64,000 nucleotides of DNA from Lachnospiraceae bacterium (GTDB lineage: Bacteria > Bacillota > Clostridia > Lachnospirales > Lachnospiraceae), in contig JAZQOI010000006.1 in assembly GCA_045627745.1 (NCBI GenBank), forward strand, positions 8,930-72,929, given 5' to 3'. A program made the translations under genes and the position numbers. A model generated the notes under the pieces. It was given only the letters and a program-made list of their open reading frames with translations, searched no databases and was not told the DNA's origin. Shown here in pieces: positions 8,048 through 16,667 of the stretch. The stretch's first letter is position 1. The number at the start of each line of letters is the position of its first letter.

Positions 8048-9325
8048 ATGGGTAATCAAAGCAGGTATATTGTAGGCTGCGATTTGAATGATATGGTAAC
8101 TCAATTGAGTTATTTTGAATTAAATAAGGATGAGCCTGAGACTTTGATATCTGATGGTGAGAATGAACGACTGGGAATCCCCACAGTGTTATGCAAACGA
8201 AGAAAGGTTAATCAGTGGAGTATAGGTACAGAAGCAATTCGTCTAATAGAAAAGGATGGAGAGGCTGAAGTTAATAAATTAGTTTCACTTGCTCTTTCAG
8301 ATAGTAAGATTTCTATAGATGAAGAGGAATTTACAGGGATTGATTTACTTATTCTGTTTCTGAGAAAGTCACTTAATCTATTATCTGTATATGTTTCCAT
8401 GGACCAGATAGATTCTTTTATATTTACGGTTCCCAAGCTCGATTCTTCAATGCTTTCCGTTCTTGAGAGAGTTTCGGTGGCACTTCCTGTAGGACGGGAT
8501 AAAATTGCTTTCCAAAGCTACAGTGAAAGTGTTTTCTATTATATGCTCCATCAGGAAGAGGAGTTATTTAAAAATGAGGTTGTGGTTCTTGACCATGACG
8601 GTGCTGATATTAATTGCTATTATATGCATCTTAATCATCGAACAAAGCCCATTGTGGGAATGGTTGATGAGTATTTTTTTGATGACTTTGAAAGCCCTGA
8701 CAGCGAAAATGCCACAGAGGAGGAAAAACATTTAGCTGATGAGAAGCTCTTGTCAATGCTGCATGATTTTCTTATGGCCAAAACAGTTCGTGCTGTTTAT
8801 CTGCTGGGAGATGGCTTCGATGGTGAATGGTGTAAGAAGACAGTTAGTTTTCTCTGTATGGGACGAAGAGTATTTCAAGGGAAGAATATGTACTCTAAGG
8901 GTGCCTGCTACTACGGTAAGGACAGAATAGAACCGACCGGGCTTAATGAAACCTATGTATTTTTAGGAAGAGACAAGCTGCAGTTTAACCTTGGAATGTA
9001 TGTTGAACATAATGGGGAAGAGGAGTATATTGCTCTGGCAGATGGTGGAGAGAATTGGTTTGAATCAGAATCAAAGCTACAACTGTTGTTAGCTGACGGG
9101 AACAAAATCAAGCTGATTGTTACGCCTCTTGATGGCAAGGAAATACGTGATATTACAATTAATCTGGATGGACTTAAACAACGTCCTCTTAAAACAACAA
9201 GGCTGGAGCTTAATGTGTCCTTTAAATCGGGCACAAAAGTTTATGCCTGCGTTAAAGACTTGGGATTTGGAGAAATATTCCCTTCTACAGGTCAGTATTG
9301 GGAAAAAGAAGTGGAAATCTTTTGA
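8048..9325 (+). CDS. uncharacterised Hsp70/actin-fold-like protein with degenerate nucleotide-binding loops plus a C-terminal beta-rich domain
   Basis: 425 aa, ATG after RBS GGGAGA. Collinear look-alikes of Hsp70 motifs: VGCDLNDMVTQ (phosphate-1), FIFTVPKLDSS, VVVLDHDGADINCYYM (phosphate-2), AVYLLGDGFDGEW (adenosine), KNMYSKGACYYG. Confidence 0.7.
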   Translation: MGNQSRYIVGCDLNDMVTQLSYFELNKDEPETLISDGENERLGIPTVLCKRRKVNQWSIGTEAIRLIEKDGEAEVNKLVSLALSDSKISIDEEEFTGIDLLILFLRKSLNLLSVYVSMDQIDSFIFTVPKLDSSMLSVLERVSVALPVGRDKIAFQSYSESVFYYMLHQEEELFKNEVVVLDHDGADINCYYMHLNHRTKPIVGMVDEYFFDDFESPDSENATEEEKHLADEKLLSMLHDFLMAKTVRAVYLLGDGFDGEWCKKTVSFLCMGRRVFQGKNMYSKGACYYGKDRIEPTGLNETYVFLGRDKLQFNLGMYVEHNGEEEYIALADGGENWFESESKLQLLLADGNKIKLIVTPLDGKEIRDITINLDGLKQRPLKTTRLELNVSFKSGTKVYACVKDLGFGEIFPSTGQYWEKEVEIF

Positions 9326-9336
9326 GGTAGAATTGG

Positions 9337-10176
9337 ATGGCTAATGTTATTTTGTGCCACGGTAAGCTGGCAAAAAAACCTTATAATGTTGTTGGCATTG
9401 GTATTAACGTCTATTCTGCCGAGGAACTCTGTTTTGTAATTGCCCAGAATGCTCATACTTTGGATAGAGATTTTATGGATGAGAATCTGTGTACCTTTCT
9501 TGAAGAAGAGTTAAGCCTAAGAACACTGGCATTAAAGCTTAGGGAAATCATTAACAGACAGGGTGGTTTGGGCGAATTCGTTGTGGCAATTCTTGAGGGA
9601 GTTAATTATTGCGACACTGTAGAAATAAAAAGCATTAAACAAATTCTTGTGGAAAGTGCCGGTCTTAGTCCTGCCAGAAAGCATAAGAGCAGAGCTGACA
9701 ATCTGTTTAAGGCAAGGAAGTACGGTAGGGCGCTGGATGAATATATAGGAACTCTTGATAAGATAGACAAAGAGGCAGAACCTCTTTTGTATGCTGCTGT
9801 GCTTCATAATATGGGAACGACCTATGCAAAGCTGTTGCTGTATAAGAAGGCATCTGAATATTATCTTGAGGCATACCGGTTGAATATGGATGATGAAAGT
9901 CTTGTGCTACATTTAGTCTGCTCTAATTTGTCCATGCCTAAGGAACAATACGAAAAGATGCTTATCCGTTGCGGCTATAAGGATAAGGTAATAGAGGATG
10001 CTAAGGACAGATTAAATCTACAGGGTGGCTTCCTTGATGTTAATAACAGATATGCGAAGGAATTTAATTATCTAAAGGATTTAAAAAAATCCGGCAAAAT
10101 CGGTCAGTATTACCATGCTGTTGATGAGACACTTAATGCATGGAAACAGGAATACAGAGCAAATATGATTTTATAG
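9337..10176 (+). CDS. uncharacterised protein with a C-terminal TPR-like helical region
   Basis: 279 aa, RBS GAGGTAG. The segment ADNLFKARKYGRALDEYIGTL...LHNMGTTYAKLLLYKKASEYYLEAYRL reads like 2-3 TPR units. Confidence 0.6.
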   Translation: MANVILCHGKLAKKPYNVVGIGINVYSAEELCFVIAQNAHTLDRDFMDENLCTFLEEELSLRTLALKLREIINRQGGLGEFVVAILEGVNYCDTVEIKSIKQILVESAGLSPARKHKSRADNLFKARKYGRALDEYIGTLDKIDKEAEPLLYAAVLHNMGTTYAKLLLYKKASEYYLEAYRLNMDDESLVLHLVCSNLSMPKEQYEKMLIRCGYKDKVIEDAKDRLNLQGGFLDVNNRYAKEFNYLKDLKKSGKIGQYYHAVDETLNAWKQEYRANMIL

Positions 10177-10236
10177 ATTATTAACGTCCTGTTTATTCTA
10201 TTAAACTGGGAATAGGAAATATTCATAGGTGTTTAT

Positions 10237-11460
10237 ATGAGGATTATTGATTATATCAAGAAAAAGCTTGGCTTTGTGGAGGACAGTTTCGAGTCGGAGT
10301 TTGAGGTCAATCTGGAAACCGGTGAAAATGCCGAGAATATTACTGAGGTACTAAAGCATTCGGCAATTCGAAGGGCAGATATTAACGTACTTGATTACAA
10401 GGAACGTGAGATGTATGTCCGGGATAAATGTGATCAGATGAAAAACGCCGCAGAGGAAATAAAGCGTGAAAAGGTTGAATATCAGAAGGTAATTGAACGC
10501 CTTTCTGATATTGATGAGCTTAGCGCGCTTCCCTCTAATAATTTTAGCGGAATAATCCGTTCTGCCAAGAAAATCCTGCAAATAGAACAGGATGAGGAAA
10601 ACTACGTACGTCCTACCTCTAAAATCACGGACTCTCAATATCGTGAAATGGAACGTATGGAAAATGAAATTCCCGGGATAATCAAAAAGATTAAAGACGA
10701 AGAGGATTATCAGATGAAGGTTAAGAGGGATCTTAATCTTCTTGAAGGTGAGAAGGGAGCCCTGGCATACCAGCGCAGAGAGGAAAAGGAAAAAGCTGGG
10801 AATTGCAAGGCATTGGCTTTTGTATTTGTTTTTGTTTCCGTTATGGCTGCACTGCTGTTGGCTTTACTTCATTTTTCGCTTGATTTTGAAGTGGTTTTAG
10901 GATATTACATCGTACTCACTTTTCTATGCATTTCTATGGTAATAATCTGTGTGACCTATAAGAATGCTATTGATTCCCAGGCTAAGACGGAGCGTAAGAT
11001 TAATAGGGCTATAACCCTTCAGAACTCTGTTAAGATTAAATATGTTAATGCTACCAATCTTATAGATTATTATTATTCGAAATACAAAATCAATAACTCC
11101 TACGAGCTTAGCTATATGTGGGAGAAGTATAACGAAGAGAAAAATGCCAGAAATCATTCGGAAGAGATTGCACAAAAGTTAGATGATGCAAGAAAAGAAC
11201 TTGCCAAGAATTTAAGAACCTATAATATTAATGATATTGCACTTTTTGTTTTTCAGCCCTATTTGCTTACTGATGAAATGGCTTTGGCTGAAATACGAAA
11301 GAATTTGATTATTCAGAGGCAAAAGCTGAAAAAGGGAATTGATTTTAATACCTTTAGTCTTGAATCCTCCAAGAGAGAAATAGAGGATCTTGTAAGGGAA
11401 TATCCTAAGTTTAATAAGGAAATACTTGCTATTGTAAGTCAGTATGAAGAAGGTAATTAA
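10237..11460 (+). CDS. uncharacterised coiled-coil protein with a central two-TM hairpin
   Basis: 407 aa, RBS AGGTG. Charged heptad-like N- and C-terminal regions flank ALAFVFVFVSVMAALLLALLHF and VVLGYYIVLTFLCISMVIICV. Confidence 0.6.
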   Translation: MRIIDYIKKKLGFVEDSFESEFEVNLETGENAENITEVLKHSAIRRADINVLDYKEREMYVRDKCDQMKNAAEEIKREKVEYQKVIERLSDIDELSALPSNNFSGIIRSAKKILQIEQDEENYVRPTSKITDSQYREMERMENEIPGIIKKIKDEEDYQMKVKRDLNLLEGEKGALAYQRREEKEKAGNCKALAFVFVFVSVMAALLLALLHFSLDFEVVLGYYIVLTFLCISMVIICVTYKNAIDSQAKTERKINRAITLQNSVKIKYVNATNLIDYYYSKYKINNSYELSYMWEKYNEEKNARNHSEEIAQKLDDARKELAKNLRTYNINDIALFVFQPYLLTDEMALAEIRKNLIIQRQKLKKGIDFNTFSLESSKREIEDLVREYPKFNKEILAIVSQYEEGN

Positions 11461-11511
11461 ATGATAGCCCAAAGGTGTAGGGCTTCTTGATTATTAAATA
11501 GAAACATGGTA

Positions 11512-11886
11512 CTATTTTTCAATAAATGATTCGCCGTTTTCCTTAAGTCTTGCTTCAAAATCATCAAGCATTTTGGAAACCTTGGGAGATATTGATACGA
11601 ATTCACAGCCATATTGATAGTGTGTTTTGTCTATAGCTAAGCTGCGTATGATTTTTACGTCTGTAATAATCTGAGGCATATCACGATATAATTCTATATT
11701 AGCAATGAAAATATAACCTACGGGAAGGACTGTTTCGCATATGAAGCCGATTCCCTTGGCTGATATATCGGTTACGTCAATCGAGGATGAAATATCCTTG
11801 AGAGCGTAGGGATTTTCCTGATATAAATCGGACACTGAAAGGTTAAATCCGATAGGAATTCGCTTTTCTTTGCGTTTTTCTTCCAT
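11512..11886 (-). CDS. stand-alone PilZ-domain protein (putative c-di-GMP receptor)
   Basis: ORF 11512-11946. ATG at 11886 follows RBS AGAGGT. RxxxR (RKEKR) and DxSxxG (DISAKG) motifs are at the expected spacing. Confidence 0.7.
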   Translation of the reverse strand: MEEKRKEKRIPIGFNLSVSDLYQENPYALKDISSSIDVTDISAKGIGFICETVLPVGYIFIANIELYRDMPQIITDVKIIRSLAIDKTHYQYGCEFVSISPKVSKMLDDFEARLKENGESFIEK

Positions 11887-12099
11887 TGTAGTTACCTCTG
11901 AAATTAATTTTTGGTTTATTATATAATAAATCATTTTACTTATCAAGAATCATGTTCTTATGGAATCGGTATGTTAAGTGATTTATATCGCAGAGATGCA
12001 AAGGTGAATATGTCGCACCTAAAAGTGCTTAGCGCATCTTGCGGATAGGTATGCTAAGGCGTATATGAATAATGTATATATTTATAAAGGAGAATAAAA

Positions 12100-13530
12100 A
12101 TGAACGACAGATATGTAAGCCCATTATCAGAAAGATACGCAAGTAAGGAGATGCAGTATATCTTCTCACCGGATATGAAGTTTAAAACCTGGAGAAGGTT
12201 ATGGATTGCCCTTGCCGAGACAGAGCGTGAGCTTGGTCTTAATATTACACAGGAGCAGATTGATGAGCTTAAGGCTCATGCCGAAGATATAAATTATGAT
12301 GTTGCCAAGGAAAGAGAGAAGTTAGTCAGACATGATGTAATGAGCCATGTATATGCATACGGGGTTCAGTGTCCTAAGGCAAAGGGTATTATTCATTTAG
12401 GAGCCACCTCCTGCTATGTGGGAGATAATACGGACATTATAGTTATGGCAGAGGCACTTAAGCTAGTCCGTAAGAAGCTTGTTAATGTGATTTTTAAATT
12501 ATCTGAGTTTGCAGACAAATACAAGGCACTTCCGACTCTGGCATTTACTCATTTTCAGCCGGCACAGCCTACTACTGTAGGTAAGCGTGCAACTCTGTGG
12601 ATGAATGAGTTTGTTTTGGATCTTGAAGAGCTTGATTTTGTGCTTGGTTCTCTTAAGCTTCTTGGTTCTAAGGGTACAACAGGTACACAGGCAAGCTTTC
12701 TTGAACTGTTTGACGGCGATCAGGAAACAATTGATAGAATCGATCCAATGATTGCTAAAAAAATGGGCTTTAAGGAGTGCTATCCTGTTTCAGGACAGAC
12801 ATATTCACGTAAGGTTGATACCCGAGTTGTTAATGTTCTTGCTGCAATAGCTGCCAGCGCGCATAAGTTTTCAAATGATATCAGACTTCTTCAGCATTTG
12901 AAGGAGGTTGAGGAACCCTTTGAGAAAACTCAGATTGGTTCATCAGCTATGGCATACAAGCGTAATCCTATGCGTAGCGAGAGAATAGCATCTCTTAGCA
13001 GATATATTATTATTGATTCTCTTAATCCTGCAATTACCAGTGCTACTCAGTGGTTTGAGAGAACTCTTGACGATTCTGCCAACAAGCGTCTTTCTGTTCC
13101 GGAGGGATTCCTTGCTCTTGATGGTGTTCTCGATTTATGTCTTAACGTAGTAGATGGTCTTGTGGTAAATGAGAAGGTTATTGAGAAGAGATTAAGAAGT
13201 GAATTACCGTTTATGGCAACTGAAAATATAATGATGGATGCTGTTAAGGCCGGCGGAGACCGTCAGGAATTACATGAGAAGATAAGAACTCTTTCAATGG
13301 AAGCCGGAAATAATGTTAAGAAGCTTGGTCTTGATAACAATCTTCTTGAGCTTATTGCTGCAGACCCATCCTTTAACATGACACTTGAAGAGCTTGAAGA
13401 AACAATGAATCCAAGTAAGTTTATTGGACGAGCAAAGGAACAGGTTGATGCGTATCTTTCAAAGGTGATTTTCCCCATTGTTGAGGATAATAGGGAATGT
13501 CTTGGTATTCAGGCTGAGATTAATGTTTAG
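12100..13530 (+). CDS. purB: adenylosuccinate lyase
   Basis: 476 aa. N-terminus YVSPLSERYASKEMQYIFS and the fumarate-lyase signature GSSAMAYKRNP. RBS AAGGAG. Confidence 0.9.
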   Translation: MNDRYVSPLSERYASKEMQYIFSPDMKFKTWRRLWIALAETERELGLNITQEQIDELKAHAEDINYDVAKEREKLVRHDVMSHVYAYGVQCPKAKGIIHLGATSCYVGDNTDIIVMAEALKLVRKKLVNVIFKLSEFADKYKALPTLAFTHFQPAQPTTVGKRATLWMNEFVLDLEELDFVLGSLKLLGSKGTTGTQASFLELFDGDQETIDRIDPMIAKKMGFKECYPVSGQTYSRKVDTRVVNVLAAIAASAHKFSNDIRLLQHLKEVEEPFEKTQIGSSAMAYKRNPMRSERIASLSRYIIIDSLNPAITSATQWFERTLDDSANKRLSVPEGFLALDGVLDLCLNVVDGLVVNEKVIEKRLRSELPFMATENIMMDAVKAGGDRQELHEKIRTLSMEAGNNVKKLGLDNNLLELIAADPSFNMTLEELEETMNPSKFIGRAKEQVDAYLSKVIFPIVEDNRECLGIQAEINV

Positions 13531-13565
13531 TATTGTTTGATGTTTTAGGAATTTGAGGTGCTTAA

Positions 13566-14702
13566 TTGGTTCTGAAAGCTTTGAATGATATTTGGATTGC
13601 AATTAGGGCTTTTGATGAACAGGCAATGACCTTTGCTTCAATAGCGGTCCTTATATACATTTTTTTCATAATAATTAAATATATTTATAGAAAACTGCGA
13701 CATAAAAAATGCGACTCAATATGGCAGATGGTTATATCTATCTGCCTATTTGGTATTTTATGTATATATTTATCATATTTAATATCCTTGACCCTGTCGG
13801 GAAGAGAGGCAGGAAGTCGTTCAAACAAAATCAATCTTGAATTGTTTGGAACCTTTTCCAACGATGGCTCGATTTCAAAACATGCAGCAGAGAATGTGTT
13901 ACTGTTTATTCCTTTTGGAATACTTGTACCACTTATGGGACATTTTTTTAAACGCTGGTGGAACCTGACACTGCTTGCTTTTATAAGCAGTATGTTAATT
14001 GAACTTACACAGTTAATTACTGCCAGAGGATATTTTGAGGTTGATGATATAGTGCTTAATACCTTGGGGGCACTATTAGGATATATGGCATTCTCGGTAT
14101 GTTATCACAGTTATATTGATATAAAAAAGAAAACCGAAATACCACTTAACAAGCATGAAATACAGATTAACCGGGTTACGTTATTTGTTATTCAGCTTCT
14201 TCCTGTAATTCTTGTGACTATGATGATTTTCAGATTCTCCGGGGATAATGCTGAGGAATCAAGTGCTCTTAGTTTATTTGTTACAGAAAAGCTTCTGATA
14301 GTTAAGAATAAAATACTGGGTACAGGTCTTACTGCTGAGAAAATATATAATCTTGCTGTTAAGCGTGAAGGCATGGTGCGTACCCTTGCTCATATGATTG
14401 AATATGCATTATTGACTGTTGTGACATTTGTGTTTATATATTGCAGGCGAATCAGTAATTATCTTTCATATATCACTACATTTGTATTTGTGATTGTCAT
14501 TGCATGCTGTGATGAGGTTCATCAGATTAATTCGCCCGGTAGAAGTGCCAGTATAGCAGATGTCGGTGTTGATTCTCTTGCAGCAATAATTGTACTTGCC
14601 TTTATTTTACTTCTATCAGCATTTTTGCGATATTATCGTGTTAGAAGTAAGGTTAAGAATCTAAAAAAAGAATTACTCGATATAAAGAATATGAAGAATT
14701 AA
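13566..14702 (+). CDS. membrane protein with two VanZ-like domains
   Basis: 378 aa. N-half ENVLLFIPFG...ELTQLITARGYFEVDDIVLNTLGALLGY. C-half AHMIEYALLT...CDEVHQINSPGRSASIADVGVDSLAA. The start is uncertain (TTG 13566 or ATG 13626). Confidence 0.6.
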   Translation: MVLKALNDIWIAIRAFDEQAMTFASIAVLIYIFFIIIKYIYRKLRHKKCDSIWQMVISICLFGILCIYLSYLISLTLSGREAGSRSNKINLELFGTFSNDGSISKHAAENVLLFIPFGILVPLMGHFFKRWWNLTLLAFISSMLIELTQLITARGYFEVDDIVLNTLGALLGYMAFSVCYHSYIDIKKKTEIPLNKHEIQINRVTLFVIQLLPVILVTMMIFRFSGDNAEESSALSLFVTEKLLIVKNKILGTGLTAEKIYNLAVKREGMVRTLAHMIEYALLTVVTFVFIYCRRISNYLSYITTFVFVIVIACCDEVHQINSPGRSASIADVGVDSLAAIIVLAFILLLSAFLRYYRVRSKVKNLKKELLDIKNMKN

Positions 14703-14750
14703 AGCTGCTTCTTTTACATATATGAGAGGGAGCAACAAAATGGAGGGAAT

Positions 14751-16568
14751 ATGTCAACTGTTGACCAGAGTAAAATCAGAAATTTTTGTATAATTGCCCA
14801 TATAGATCACGGTAAATCAACATTAGCCGACAGAATTATTGAAAGCACAGGACTGTTGACCAGCCGTGAAATGCAGGCTCAGGTTCTCGATAATATGGAG
14901 CTTGAGAGAGAGCGTGGAATTACCATTAAGTCACAGGCTGTCAGAACTGTATATAAGGCTAAGGATGGAGAGGAATACATCCTTAATCTTATTGATACAC
15001 CGGGACATGTTGACTTTAATTATGAGGTTTCAAGAAGCCTTGCTGCCTGTGATGGCGCAATACTTGTGGTTGATGCTGCCCAGGGAATAGAGGCACAGAC
15101 TCTTGCAAATGTGTATCTGGCACTTGATCATGATCTTGATGTATTTCCTGTAATCAATAAGATTGATTTGCCAAGTGCCGATCCCGAAAGAGTAGTAAAC
15201 GAAATCGAGGATGTTATAGGAATAGAGGCAATGGATGCCCCAAGAATATCAGCTAAAATCGGACTGGGAATCGATGAGGTTCTAGAGCAGATTGTTAAGA
15301 AGATTCCTGCTCCTAAGGGAGATAAGAACAAGCCCCTTAAGGCTTTGATTTTTGATTCGCTATACGATTCCTATAAGGGTGCAATTGTATTCTGCAGAAT
15401 GATGGATGGTGTTGTTAAAAAGGGAACACCTATTAAGATGATGGCAACAGGTGCTGTTGCAGAGGTGGTTGAGGTAGGATATTTTGGCGCAGGTCAGTTT
15501 ATTCCCTGTGATGAGCTGGAAGCAGGCATGGTTGGATATATTACTGCAAGTATTAAGAATGTTCGTGATACTGCTGTGGGTGATACAGTCACTAATGCCG
15601 AGAATCCATGTGAGGAAGCACTTCCGGGTTATAAGAAGGTTCAGTCAATGGTATATTGCGGACTATATCCTGCTGATGGTGCAAAATATCCTGATCTTAG
15701 GGATGCTCTTGAAAAGCTTCAGCTTAATGATGCTTCTCTTAACTATGAGCCGGAAACCTCTATTGCTCTTGGTTTTGGTTTCCGTTGTGGATTTCTGGGA
15801 TTGCTTCACCTAGAGGTTATTCAGGAACGCTTGGAAAGAGAGTATAATCTTGATTTGGTTACTACTGCGCCGGGTGTTATATACAAGGTATATAAGACTG
15901 ATGGTGAGGTAATAGAGCTTACTAATCCTTCTAATCTTCCTGATCCGTCGGAGATTGATTATATGGAGGAGCCTATTGTATCTGCTGAAATAATGGTTAC
16001 CAAGGATTATGTGGGAGCCATTATGGAGCTGTGTCAGGAGAGAAGAGGTAAGTATCTCAGTATGGAATATATGGAGGAGTCAAGAGCTCTTCTTAAATAC
16101 GAGCTTCCGCTAAATGAGATTATCTATGACTTTTTTGATGCATTAAAGTCACGTTCAAGAGGCTATGCATCCTTTGATTATGAAATGAAGGGCTATGAGA
16201 AATCAGATCTTGTTAAGCTGGATATTCTTATTAACAAGGAAGAGGTGGATGCGCTTAGTTTCATAGTTCATGCAGAAAGTGCATATGAGCGTGGAAGAAA
16301 AATGTGTGAGCGACTTAAGGAGGAAATTCCAAGACATTTGTTTGAGGTTCCTATTCAGGCTGCAATTGGCAGTAAAATCATTGCCAGAGAAACGGTTAAG
16401 GCAGTAAGAAAGGATGTATTAGCCAAGTGTTATGGTGGTGATATAAGCCGTAAGAAGAAGCTTCTTGAAAAGCAGAAGGAAGGAAAGAAGCGTATGCGCC
16501 AGATTGGTAATGTAGAGATACCGCAGAAGGCATTTATGAGTGTGTTGAAGCTGGATGACGAAGCATAG
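14751..16568 (+). CDS. lepA: translation elongation factor 4 (LepA)
   Basis: 605 aa. [33 protein letters not shown] and a characteristic LepA C-terminus. Confidence 0.95.
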   Translation: MSTVDQSKIRNFCIIAHIDHGKSTLADRIIESTGLLTSREMQAQVLDNMELERERGITIKSQAVRTVYKAKDGEEYILNLIDTPGHVDFNYEVSRSLAACDGAILVVDAAQGIEAQTLANVYLALDHDLDVFPVINKIDLPSADPERVVNEIEDVIGIEAMDAPRISAKIGLGIDEVLEQIVKKIPAPKGDKNKPLKALIFDSLYDSYKGAIVFCRMMDGVVKKGTPIKMMATGAVAEVVEVGYFGAGQFIPCDELEAGMVGYITASIKNVRDTAVGDTVTNAENPCEEALPGYKKVQSMVYCGLYPADGAKYPDLRDALEKLQLNDASLNYEPETSIALGFGFRCGFLGLLHLEVIQERLEREYNLDLVTTAPGVIYKVYKTDGEVIELTNPSNLPDPSEIDYMEEPIVSAEIMVTKDYVGAIMELCQERRGKYLSMEYMEESRALLKYELPLNEIIYDFFDALKSRSRGYASFDYEMKGYEKSDLVKLDILINKEEVDALSFIVHAESAYERGRKMCERLKEEIPRHLFEVPIQAAIGSKIIARETVKAVRKDVLAKCYGGDISRKKKLLEKQKEGKKRMRQIGNVEIPQKAFMSVLKLDDEA

Positions 16569-16667
16569 AGCTTAATATCAATTAGTACTGCTTAGACTAT
16601 TGGCGACCCGTGTCTTTTTTGTAAATACCCCGGGGCGTATTTAAAAGATATTTAGGAGGAATGTGCT

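Noticed and set aside
11466-11484. Bidirectional terminator between the 407-aa gene and the PilZ gene (AGCCC-N9-GGGCT)
   Set aside because: It has only a 5-bp stem with a 9-nt loop and no clear T/A runs. That is too weak to call as a feature.
11947-12099. Purine riboswitch or PurBox upstream of purB
   Set aside because: I could not find the conserved purine-riboswitch junction sequences or a CCGAAC-type PurBox. Only short generic hairpins are present (CTTAGC...GCTAAG).
16600-16650. Recurrent GGCGTATT(T) string (16638, 34873, 59515, also 35505 in coding DNA) as a possible repeat family
   Set aside because: An 8-mer is expected about once per strand in 64 kb, and one copy is inside a gene. 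Only the longer 34866/59507 similarity was kept, as part of the promoter discussion.
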